Shown here one piece after another: positions 20,403 through 29,078 of a stretch of DNA of 64,000 nt; position 1 is the first letter of the stretch; every line of letters begins with the position of its first letter. Under the pieces are notes generated by a model. The model saw only the letters and a list, made by a program, of their open reading frames with translations, searched no databases and was not told where the DNA came from. Position numbers and translations under genes: made by a program. This DNA comes from Nitrospira sp. GTDB lineage: Bacteria; Nitrospirota; Nitrospiria; Nitrospirales; UBA8639. The stretch spans positions 352,136 through 416,135 of the forward strand of contig CP058931.1 of the NCBI GenBank assembly GCA_024760505.1. Reading direction: 5' to 3'.

Positions 20403-20545
20403 TTCTCTCCCCCCAAAATCATTGGACTCATCTGGCCTGCAAAAATTTTTCCTCTGATAAATTCATCTCACAAGTTTTTCCGACATGGCCGTAATCTTGG
20501 TGTGACCAATTTCATTCCCGTCTTTCCTGTATGTTGTTGAACGCT

Positions 20546-20563
20546 TTGCATGGGCCATGCCCA
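20546..20563 (-). promoter_or_regulatory. Candidate sigma-54 (-24/-12) promoter upstream of the bd-like oxidase / nxr genes
   Basis: Minus strand reads TGGGCATggcccATGCAA with exact GG-N10-GC spacing, about 145 nt upstream of the ATG at 20402. Its -24 box (TGGGCAT) is identical to that of the 33268-33284 candidate. A 9-bp perfect palindrome AGGCGGTGG-ccac-CCACCGCCT at 20677-20698 lies about 125 nt further upstream and could be a UAS. Confidence 0.45.
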
Positions 20564-20857
20564 ATCAAGATAATTCATTGCCCCCAACCAATCCCTTGTA
20601 ATCCATAGTTTCTGTTGTCTTTTCTCTGGGATAACATCCGCAGACGGATCTTTGACCCACGAAAGAACGTGGTGGGAGGCGGTGGCCACCCACCGCCTTA
20701 CGTGGCTGGACTCAGGAAAATACGGGGAGAACAAAAGGGGGAAAAACTAGGAGCATGACGAAGAAGGATACGATACCCGAAAGCCCGATCACGCTCCGGA
20801 AGGCCGGGAGTTTTAACGGGCGCGATTCAGTTGGGAAAATGTGGTCTAAGAGGACAA

Positions 20858-21457
20858 TTACACGGCCGGATCGAAAATTTGCTGAAACACGGGGAATCGC
20901 ATCGTACAAATATGCCCTCCCGCTAATGCTGCCTCAGCCACATCGTGAGGAGAACGGATACCGGTAAGAAGCACCTGAGTGGAGAGACCATAGTTTCGAA
21001 AGACGGTGACAATGGTTCGAATGATCTCGTCTCCCTTGGATTGATTGTCGCCGGTGCGATCAAGGCAAATGGACACACACCAGGCACCGGCTTTGGCGGC
21101 AATCAAGGCTTGCGTGAGGGAAAAACACAAAGACACATTTACCCGGATGCCTTCGGCTGTCAACCGCTTAGTCGCCTTGAGACCCGCAGGCGTCAAAGGA
21201 CACTTCACCAAGACATTTTTATGGATTTTTGCTAATTCTTTGCTTTCCTTGACGATGGCCTCTTCTTCAATACTCAACACGCCCACACTGATCGGACTAT
21301 CCACATAACGACAGATTTCTCGAATTCCCTGATAAAAATTCAGCCCCTGCTCAGCAACCAACGTGGCGTTCATGGCTATCCCATCCAGAACCCCCAACCT
21401 GCCAATCTCCTGAATCTCTTTGAGACTCACCGTGTCGAGATAGAATTTCATGAGCAT
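20858..21457 (-). CDS. Transaldolase / fructose-6-phosphate aldolase family protein (short, divergent)
   Basis: By eye it aligns along its length to type 3B transaldolases: KFYLDT.. (Asp), VLVKCPLT (Schiff-base Lys) and LTGIR. The family TTNPS motif reads AMNAT, and the strand that carries the catalytic Glu reads SVGVLS. Confidence 0.75.
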   Translation of the reverse strand: MLMKFYLDTVSLKEIQEIGRLGVLDGIAMNATLVAEQGLNFYQGIREICRYVDSPISVGVLSIEEEAIVKESKELAKIHKNVLVKCPLTPAGLKATKRLTAEGIRVNVSLCFSLTQALIAAKAGAWCVSICLDRTGDNQSKGDEIIRTIVTVFRNYGLSTQVLLTGIRSPHDVAEAALAGGHICTMRFPVFQQIFDPAV

Positions 21458-21611
21458 TCATTACTCATGAACAGGGATTGACCCCAAGCCGCAAAAAATT
21501 CTGCCAAAACCATGACCTACTGCTCCCGCCTCTGGATCGCCGATAAAACCTGAAATCCTGACCCAAGTCTCTTTGACGAATTGATAAAAGGAAACTGGCT
21601 CCATTTTCGGT

Positions 21612-21630
21612 ATGCATACACCAAGCCACA
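21612..21630 (-). promoter_or_regulatory. Candidate sigma-54 (-24/-12) promoter upstream of the transaldolase-like gene
   Basis: Minus strand reads TGTGGCTTggtgtATGCAT with exact GG-N10-GC spacing, about 160 nt upstream of the ATG at 21457 and directly downstream of a GAF-type sigma-54 activator gene. Confidence 0.4.
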
Positions 21631-21840
21631 GTTGGATGGAGATGGGCTGAGACGAGAGACGATTGAAAACGGCGTAGATGCAAATGACAAGGACGCAGGT
21701 TAATGGACTGGCATTGAAACCCCATGAAGGATCGTGGTGGTCTCGGTGGCTCATACCACCACCCACCGTGGTTTCAGCATATGGGATTTCGCAGAAAAGA
21801 GTGAGATCAGGTAGAAAGAAAGAGTCTGAAGTTGAACAAC

Positions 21841-23364
21841 CTAGAGTCGAGTCGGGCGTTGAAGACCTAATTTTTTGATCCGGCTCCTGAGCGTGCTAGG
21901 TGCCAATCCGAGTTGTTCCGCCGCGCCACCCTCCCCCTCGATCTGCCAATTGCTGGAGGCCAGGGTCTGAAGAATATGTTGCCGTTCAAAATCAACTAAT
22001 CCGGCCGGAGCCTTTGATTCATGCGTGGCATTCTGAAGAATCAAAAGCCGTTCATCAATGCGCAGAACCTTTTGGTGGGAGAGAATCACCGCCCGTTCAA
22101 TCACATTTTCCAGTTCTCGAATATTGCCCGGCCAGGAATACCGGATAAGCCGCTGCAGAGAATTCGGTTCAATAGATTCGCAGGGCCGTTTGAGTTTCAT
22201 AGCATAATGCTCCAGAAAATGCTGTGCGAGTTCTGGAATATCTTCCGGCCGGGCACGGAGGGGAGGGATGGTAATCGGAAATACATGAAGTCGATAGAAA
22301 AGGTCAGCACGAAAACGACCTTGTTCAATGGCTGATGGCAGATCGGCATTAGTTGAGGCCATCAACCGAATATCCACTGGGATAGACTGTTTTCCACCCA
22401 CACGATCGACCATCCCGTCCTGAATTACTCGTAATAATTTTGCTTGGGTCTCCATAGGAATTTCCCCGATTTCGTCTAACAACAAGGTCCCGCCATGGGC
22501 TAACTCAAAACGCCCCTCACGTCTGGAATCGGCTCCGGTAAACGCTCCTTTTTCGTGACCGAATAATTCGCTTTCGACTAATCCTGCCGGAAGGGCCGCA
22601 CAATTGACCCTAATGAAGGGTTTGTTCGCACGCATGCTCCAATCATGAATGGCTTGGGCGAGGAGTTCCTTCCCGGTTCCCGTTTCCCCCGTGATGAGAA
22701 CAGTCGCCGTCGTAGGAGCGACCTCGCGGGCAAGTTCCAATACATGCTGAAAAACCTGACTTCGTCCTACCATGGCCCCGAAGTGTTTTGTCAGCTTGAG
22801 TTCCTCGACCAGATAGGTGTTTTCTCGTGCCAACTGCTGACGTAGCAGATTAATTTCCTCATAGGCCTGTACATGATCTATTGCATAGGCAATTTGCATT
22901 GCCACTTGGGATAAAAACTCAAGTGCATCCGGCTCCGGGTTCCCAGGATCAACGCTCCCAAGATTCAACACCCCCACACACTTTCCTCTGACCAACAACG
23001 GCAGGTTGATCATGCGTCCCAGCCCTTCCTCCACATACCATTGGTCTTCCAGAAAGACCTGCTCCTGTTTGAGATCAGGACGGACATGTAACGTCTTGTG
23101 ATCGTACACCCACCCCATTGCACTCCCAACACGCGGTATCACGGTATCGCCTTGCACCACGACCCTCGCCAAATGAGTCGTCACAACATAAAATTGAAAT
23201 CCATCAGACTTACGGTCATATAAAGTTACACTGACCCGGGCCCAAGGCATGACCTGTTCAATCTGCTCGATAATGGCCTGCCAGAGACTATCGGTATCCC
23301 GTTGTGAATTGAGCACAATCGCGACATTCAAGAGTGCCCGGTAATTTCTCTCGATTCGTTCCAC
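21841..23364 (-). CDS. Sigma-54-dependent transcriptional activator, GAF - AAA+ - Fis-type HTH
   Basis: Walker [15 protein letters not shown] sigma-54 contact loop (HEKGAFTGA), [14 protein letters not shown] and a C-terminal HTH ([21 protein letters not shown]). The N-terminal ~170 aa are GAF-like. Confidence 0.9.
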   Translation of the reverse strand: MERIERNYRALLNVAIVLNSQRDTDSLWQAIIEQIEQVMPWARVSVTLYDRKSDGFQFYVVTTHLARVVVQGDTVIPRVGSAMGWVYDHKTLHVRPDLKQEQVFLEDQWYVEEGLGRMINLPLLVRGKCVGVLNLGSVDPGNPEPDALEFLSQVAMQIAYAIDHVQAYEEINLLRQQLARENTYLVEELKLTKHFGAMVGRSQVFQHVLELAREVAPTTATVLITGETGTGKELLAQAIHDWSMRANKPFIRVNCAALPAGLVESELFGHEKGAFTGADSRREGRFELAHGGTLLLDEIGEIPMETQAKLLRVIQDGMVDRVGGKQSIPVDIRLMASTNADLPSAIEQGRFRADLFYRLHVFPITIPPLRARPEDIPELAQHFLEHYAMKLKRPCESIEPNSLQRLIRYSWPGNIRELENVIERAVILSHQKVLRIDERLLILQNATHESKAPAGLVDFERQHILQTLASSNWQIEGEGGAAEQLGLAPSTLRSRIKKLGLQRPTRL

Positions 23365-23625
23365 AGTCCTTCAATCCTTTCTTGCGACAGATTCAAGCAT
23401 AGAACCGAATGACCTGTCTAATAAGAGAAATGAGCTTGAACTTATTCGAAATCCGAAAAGGTAGTACGATTATTTTATGGTTAAGCCGTGAAGAAAAATG
23501 GCTTCGTCTTAATCGGATAAATGAAAACCCTGAGCCAACAATTGACTCAACCCCATACCAAAACGCTAGGATGATGTGAGTTCGGAGCACCTCATAACGT
23601 ATGCGACCATCAAGGAGCGTTCTCA

Positions 23626-24366
23626 ATGGGAAAACTCACCAAGCCATCCATTTATCATGTGGCATTGAGAAAGCGTCAGGAAATCGCCAAGAGTACAATG
23701 GCATTCTATTTTGATCGACCGGCTGGATTCACCTTTACAGCTGGGCAGTTTATCGATCTGTCATTACCGAATCTTTCCACATCCGATCCGGAAGGTCATA
23801 CACGGGCCCTGACTCTTGCCAGCGCTCCTTCCGAACAACATCTCATGGTCGCCACCCGTCTTCGGGACACCGCATTTAAACACATGCTGGCAGAAATGCC
23901 TCTTGGAACGACAATTGACCTTGAAGGTCCATTCGGACAATTCACGCTACCGTCTGACGATTCCCGAACAATCGTTCTCCTCGCAGGAGGAATCGGAATT
24001 ACACCGTTCCGAAGTATGCTGGTCGAAGCCGCTCATCACAAACTCTCACATCATCTCATTCTCCTGTATTCCAATCGGCATCAGGAAGATGCCGCTTTTC
24101 TTGATGAACTGCAAACCCTCCAGCAAGAGAATACGCATTTTACGTGTATTGAAACGATGACGAGCCCAAACGGAGGCACGGAAACCTGGAAAGGTGAAAC
24201 CGGCCGGATAGACCATGTCATGCTCAGAAAATATGTTAAAGAGACGGAGACGGCTTTGTATTATGTTGTGGGACCCCCTGCAATGGTTGATGGATTACGA
24301 AAGATGCTTGAGTCTACCGGCATTCCAAGGACCAATATTCGCTCTGAAGAATTTGTGGGCTATTGA
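23626..24366 (+). CDS. Ferredoxin-NADP+ reductase-like FAD/NAD(P)-binding oxidoreductase
   Basis: FAD-binding R-x-[YL]-[ST] motif (RALTLAS), NAD(P)-binding GGIGITPF and C-terminal YVVGPPAMV, typical of the FNR-like family. 246 aa. Confidence 0.8.
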   Translation: MGKLTKPSIYHVALRKRQEIAKSTMAFYFDRPAGFTFTAGQFIDLSLPNLSTSDPEGHTRALTLASAPSEQHLMVATRLRDTAFKHMLAEMPLGTTIDLEGPFGQFTLPSDDSRTIVLLAGGIGITPFRSMLVEAAHHKLSHHLILLYSNRHQEDAAFLDELQTLQQENTHFTCIETMTSPNGGTETWKGETGRIDHVMLRKYVKETETALYYVVGPPAMVDGLRKMLESTGIPRTNIRSEEFVGY

Positions 24367-24755
24367 AATTCCCCGGACTCCACGACTGAACAGTCATATA
24401 CAAATCAACAGATTTCATCATTGATCTGAAAAAGATGGCGTAGATTCCGTATAGCCTTTTGTCGCATCGGAAACCCTCTCCCACAAGGAGCTGGGAAGAA
24501 AGCCGTTTACGTGGTTTTCCTTTCTGAAAAACCTTGCTGTCGGGATGACCTGTCAATGACATGAGGAAAAAAAAGCATCTTAGTGAAGCAGGGGACGGGA
24601 CAAGGTTTCCTGATCTAAGCGGTTCGTATGCTCACAAGTCAGTCGAGGTAGGTTTCGATTGGGAGGACAAAGACGGGAGCATGGTATTTCAAATTGTTAC
24701 CTCCGGACTAACCGGCTTCTCATCTCAATCAGACAGCCCGCGATTGGGTGTCTTA

Positions 24756-26318
24756 TTATTCAGAGTGCCGCTTGATCCCGAATTTTTTCAATCGGCTTCT
24801 CAGGGTGCTGGGGTGTAATCCCAGATGCTTGGCCGCCCCTAATGGTCCATCAATTCTCCATTCACACGCCGTTAAGGCTTGGAGTATTCGAGTGCGCTCC
24901 ACGTCTTTTAATTGAGTGGGTGGCATTGCATCCATGTCGTTTGCCGGTGACTGCAACAACGAATCTTCCACATGTATGATCGACGATTGGCAAAGAATCA
25001 TGGCTCGTTCAATCACATTTTTTAGTTCCCGTACATTACCCGGCCATGGATACTGAACCAGCATTTCCATTGAACGATCATCGATGTCCTGACAGTTTCG
25101 TCTGAACTGCAACCGATTTTTCTCCATGAAATGTCGCACCAGAAGGGGAATATCATGTATACGTTCCCGGAGGGGAGGCACCACAATCGGAAAAACATGC
25201 AATCGATAATATAGGTCGGAACGAAAACGACCTTCGGCAATCGCCTTGCTTAAATCGCTATTGGTCGCGGCAATGATTCGCACATCGACGGCTTTCCCTT
25301 CGATACTGCCTACTCGTTCCACGATACCATCCTGTAAAACCCTCAGGAGTTTTGCCTGCGCTTCAATCGGCATCTCCCCGATTTCATCAAGAAACAAGGT
25401 GCCGCCATTGGCTAATTCAAATTTGCCGGGTCTTCCAGTCTCTGCACCGGTAAACGCACCTTTTTCATGGCCGAAGAGCTCACTTTCCACCAGACCTGAA
25501 GGTAATGCCGCACAATTGACTCGAACAAAGGGCTTTACTTTGCGAGGGCTCAACTCATGAAGTAATCGTGCCAATAGTTCTTTTCCGGTTCCCGTTTCCC
25601 CCATAATGAGCACCGAGGTCGTGGTCGGGGCAACGGCCTGAGCCAAGTCCAGCACGTTCTTAAACTTTTGACTGTTTCCTACCATCGCTCCAAAATCGTA
25701 TGAAACTTTGATTTCTTCTAGGAGATAGGCATTTTCACGGGTGAGCTGTTCCTTCAGATGGTGGATCTCTTCATAGGCCCGCACATGATCAATGGCAAAG
25801 GCAATTTGAGTCGCCACTTGGCGTAGGAACAAGACATTTTCCGGATCAGGATCCCCGGATTCCACACTGCCAATATTCAAAGATCCGATGCAATTATCCC
25901 CAATAATCATAGGAATATTGATCATTCTTCCCAGGCCCTCTTCGTGATAAAACGCATCTTCTAAAAATACGGGATTTTGTTGTAAATGGGGACGTATATG
26001 AAGACGCCGATGACTATACACCCACCCCATGGCACTGCCTTCTCGAGGAATGATGGCATCACATTTCAACTTTACCACCGGCATACTCGTTTCCACCGCG
26101 TAAAACCGAAAAGCATCTATGTCAGAATGATAGAGAGTAATACCCGCGCGTTCCCAAGAGATCACCTTTTTAATATGTCCGGTAATGGCTTTCCACAAAT
26201 CTTCCGTATTCCGTTGGGAATTTAAGATGTTCGTGACTTCCAGCAAGGTTTGATAGAAGTTTCGGGCTAGTTGATCGGTTGGGTAATTCATATCGACTAT
26301 CATGTGTAAGCCCCTCAC
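24756..26318 (-). CDS. Sigma-54-dependent transcriptional activator, GAF - AAA+ - HTH (paralog of 21841-23364)
   Basis: [25 protein letters not shown] and C-terminal AAKHLGLHPSTLRSRLKKFGI. Collinear similarity to the 507-aa paralog across all domains. Confidence 0.9.
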   Translation of the reverse strand: MRGLHMIVDMNYPTDQLARNFYQTLLEVTNILNSQRNTEDLWKAITGHIKKVISWERAGITLYHSDIDAFRFYAVETSMPVVKLKCDAIIPREGSAMGWVYSHRRLHIRPHLQQNPVFLEDAFYHEEGLGRMINIPMIIGDNCIGSLNIGSVESGDPDPENVLFLRQVATQIAFAIDHVRAYEEIHHLKEQLTRENAYLLEEIKVSYDFGAMVGNSQKFKNVLDLAQAVAPTTTSVLIMGETGTGKELLARLLHELSPRKVKPFVRVNCAALPSGLVESELFGHEKGAFTGAETGRPGKFELANGGTLFLDEIGEMPIEAQAKLLRVLQDGIVERVGSIEGKAVDVRIIAATNSDLSKAIAEGRFRSDLYYRLHVFPIVVPPLRERIHDIPLLVRHFMEKNRLQFRRNCQDIDDRSMEMLVQYPWPGNVRELKNVIERAMILCQSSIIHVEDSLLQSPANDMDAMPPTQLKDVERTRILQALTACEWRIDGPLGAAKHLGLHPSTLRSRLKKFGIKRHSE

Positions 26319-26853
26319 ACTTAAATATGAATACGAAGCATCCTAACCTTAACTGAAACTTTTGAACAAGAAACCATGGGCAAAAATATTACGGTTAATT
26401 TTCTAAAAAGAGGCAGCAATTACTGAGCCATTAAACGATTTTGTTGTAGTGTACAAATATCTATTTTCCTTGTCAGAATTGTCCTGGCGCCTGAACTAAA
26501 ATATGTTTTATTTTTCAATAGCTTAATAAGTCTAGCCACCACCTCTCCCATAGGGGCATCCATGTCACGCAATCGATTGGTTTCTGTAAGTAAACATTAT
26601 TAAAAAAACTTCATATTTAATTTTCGCAGAAGAGCGAAAACGCACGGAGATGTCCGTGCTCAATCGCACGCCCATTCGCCACAGGCATTTCCACACCTCT
26701 GATCTTTTATCCCACCTCATAGATGCATTGCTTTGGATAAGTTTCACCAGTGAGGCCACTTCTTCATGTGTGGAAGACGCGATGTGCCTTATATTTTTTT
26801 GCCTCAGGTCGTGAAAGGTATGCAATTCCATGGAGGTCAAAAAAACGGCTTAG

Positions 26854-26882
26854 AAAAAAAAAGCCTGGCGTAGACGCCAGGC
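26854..26882 (-). terminator. Rho-independent terminator
   Basis: Minus strand reads GCCTGGCG-tcta-CGCCAGGC, a perfect 8-bp GC-rich stem, followed by T9. It lies about 120 nt downstream of the stop at 27003. Confidence 0.7.
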
Positions 26883-27002
26883 ACAAGAATACAGGAGGGA
26901 TTTTATTCTGTTCCAGAAATGGAGAGGCTGCTGAACCTCCCCATTACATGGAACAGGGATAGACATTTATTGGCATTTGCAATTACATCATACAGGGATC
27001 AA

Positions 27003-27374
27003 CTACTCCGTCAGCTTAGCTTGATCAGCTTGCCTTATATGCCAAGCGATCTTCTCATTCAAAATACTCGCATTCCCTTTCAAGGTCGAGGAGATATGCT
27101 TCAAGGCATTTCTATGGAACCCTTTCGGGTCAAAATGTGGTTTGCTCTCAAAATGGGCTATGCGCTTATCTACATCCTGCACACGGCTTTCCAGGGACTG
27201 TACTTCCCCTTCTGAAGCTTTTGCCGCAGTCATATGATCTTGAATAGACCAACCCTGGGTCTCCATTTTCCAGGCTGAACTCTGTTCTTGACCGTTATCA
27301 CTAGCCAAGACAAATTGAGGAAATCCTAGAAGCATCCCAACAAGAAGAGCTGAAAAAATCATTTTGTTATACAT
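27003..27374 (-). CDS. Small secreted coiled-coil protein (tandem paralog 1)
   Basis: Signal peptide MYNKMIFSALLVGMLLGFPQFVLA, then WKMETQGWSIQDH...VQSLESRVQDVDKRI...FDPKGF...NEKIAWHIRQADQAKLTE. About 60% identical by eye to 28109-28480. GGAAGGAG RBS. Confidence 0.6.
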   Translation of the reverse strand: MYNKMIFSALLVGMLLGFPQFVLASDNGQEQSSAWKMETQGWSIQDHMTAAKASEGEVQSLESRVQDVDKRIAHFESKPHFDPKGFHRNALKHISSTLKGNASILNEKIAWHIRQADQAKLTE

Positions 27375-27546
27375 AACTTTCTCCTTCCAGCATTTATCAG
27401 TTTTAAAAACATCGTCGAACTTGTACTGCTAAAATTAACGTTGTTTCCAGCACTATCATTTTCAATATACAATCTATATGCCAACAAAAACTTAATAACA
27501 TTTGCTTTTATATTCAATAACTTAACATTTTATATTCTTAAACATT

Positions 27547-27608
27547 ATGTTACGAGTGTAACATTAAAATGTTACAAAAATGATTCATTTTGTTACATAA
27601 TGTTACAC
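27547..27608. promoter_or_regulatory. Cluster of TGTTAC/GTAACA half-sites (candidate operator or UAS) upstream of paralog 1
   Basis: Perfect inverted repeat ATGTTAC-gagt-GTAACAT at 27547-27564, plus three further TGTTACA copies at 27569-27576, 27591-27598 and 27601-27608. These lie 175-235 nt upstream of the ATG at 27374. Confidence 0.4.
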
Positions 27609-28108
27609 TTTTACTTGTCATGACTTCGGAAGTTTCTATCTGGTTTGATGACAGGATTTTGCCTGGAAATGTGAAGATGGAACCGGCTGAAGAAGATGCC
27701 ACCCTCCAGCATGTAGTACTCAATCAGGCCATGAGCAGTATTCTGGAGGAACAATAAAAAAAGCGAAGAGTTTTTGCTCTGCTTTGCCACCTCATCAAGC
27801 TCCTTATCCAAGACATCAGACCCGCATGGTTGATAAGGGTGACGTTCCTGTTTCTGCAAAGAAAAACTTAGCGGCACACACTTGTGCGAGGATTAGGAAA
27901 ACAACCGGCGTGAAAGGCAGACTCTGCCCCCTACAATCAGTCCAAGAAAAAAAGGGTAAGGCCAAAGTCATATTTGAGTTCGGTAAGTTTATTTGCCACA
28001 TTGGCTCGGTGACGAATAGACAACCTCCATCGACGGAAGGGTTATTCCCACATACTCAAATACCGATAGCCAGGCATACTCCCCTCTTTCTTGGAGGTTC
28101 CATTACTC

Positions 28109-28480
28109 CTACTGCGTCAGCTTGGCCTGGTCGGCCTGTCGAAAATGCCAGGCAATCTTTTCATTCAAAAGTTTCTCTTGCTCTTCCAATGTGCTGGAAA
28201 GAAGCTTTAGGGAACTTCTGGTAAACCCCTTCGGATCAAAGTATGGCTTTTTCTCCAACTTGGTAATGCGTTTATCCAATTGCTGAATGCGGTCCTCTAA
28301 AGACTGAACTTCCTCTTCTTCAGAATACGCAGCAGCTATATGGTCTTGAATGGACCAACCCTGGGTTTCCAGTTTCCACTCAGAGACCTGTTCTTTCGTA
28401 ATCTCACCAGCCAAAACAAATTGTGAAATGCCTAGGAGTATCCCCACGAGAAAAAATAACATCAATATTTTGTGATTCAT
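28109..28480 (-). CDS. Small secreted coiled-coil protein (tandem paralog 2)
   Basis: I prefer the start MNHKILMLFFLVGILLGISQFVLA at 28480 (GGGAGGA RBS). This gives 123 aa, the same length as paralog 1. Confidence 0.6.
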   Translation of the reverse strand: MNHKILMLFFLVGILLGISQFVLAGEITKEQVSEWKLETQGWSIQDHIAAAYSEEEEVQSLEDRIQQLDKRITKLEKKPYFDPKGFTRSSLKLLSSTLEEQEKLLNEKIAWHFRQADQAKLTQ

Positions 28481-28649
28481 GGCTTCCTCCCATCTTGCTG
28501 AATGCTTCAAAAGACCATCTATTGATTCATTGACTACTCTTTCACCCCCTAATCATGTCCATCCAATTTTGAGGCCAACCGTCTTAAGTCAGTACTTACT
28601 CTTTATTTCAACGGCTTAACAATTGTGAAATAAAATGATCGTGCTGAAC

Positions 28650-28700
28650 TGTTACATCTAAATGCATCAAAAGTGTAATGCGTTGATACATCATGTAACA
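28650..28700. promoter_or_regulatory. TGTTACAT ... ATGTAACA inverted pair upstream of paralog 2
   Basis: TGTTACAT (28650-28657) and ATGTAACA (28693-28700). Same half-site as the cluster at 27547-27608 and the same distance range (170-220 nt) from the start codon. Confidence 0.3.
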
Positions 28701-29078
28701 CGTCAGCCTGTCATGCCTTCAGATGCGTTTCTGATTTATCTGGATGCTGAACGACGCCTTCTCTGTGGAATATAGTAAGAAGCGGGATACTTGTGACTGT
28801 TCTAGATGAATAGATGAACAAAAAAAGAAGTGTGGGGAAATCGCGCAAGCACGCAGACAGGAGACTTCTAGGCCATGCTCCACTGCCAATCCGGGCGTCC
28901 CGGCCATCCAGGTGATTGCGGCCTGGTCTATGGAAAGCCATGCCTTAGCCTGCCAGGGTTGGCTTATTTAAAGCCGGACCTTTCTGAAATCTCCCTTACC
29001 CAGATTCGCCCGGGCCTGATAGGGGCAAATTTCCTATGCTTGGAGGATGAGTTATTCAACTGTCTCCCAAACAAGACT

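Noticed and set aside
20438-20453. AGGAAAAATTTTTGCA on the minus strand, about 36-50 nt upstream of the bd-like oxidase ATG (GG-N10-GC).
   Set aside because: Only the GG of the -24 box matches and the rest is an A/T run. The candidate at 20546-20563 is much better.
21461-21766. 101-aa ORF on the minus strand between the GAF activator and the transaldolase-like gene.
   Set aside because: It has no recognisable motifs and odd composition, and it overlaps the -24/-12 promoter candidate at 21612-21630. It is more likely a non-coding leader.
26565-26840. 91-aa ORF whose N-terminus (LHTFHDLRQKNIRH) vaguely resembles the tyrosine-recombinase box II (H-x-L-R-H).
   Set aside because: Only a 6-7-residue resemblance. 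There is no downstream LGH...Y motif and the context is AT-rich. This is insufficient to call an integrase remnant.
27611-27877. 88-aa ORF, and the analogous 28711-28941 ORF, upstream of each small secreted paralog, with an H-x-H-like FHLHISR motif reminiscent of HUH transposases.
   Set aside because: The two copies are just part of the tandem duplication. There is no Y1/HUH domain context, and they overlap the TGTTAC repeat region. Probably non-coding.
28562-28577. TGGCCTcaaaaTTGGA on the minus strand upstream of small paralog 2, and the analogous TGGAAAcaacgTTAAT upstream of paralog 1.
   Set aside because: The -12 element lacks the conserved GC dinucleotide in both copies, so they are not credible sigma-54 promoters on sequence alone.
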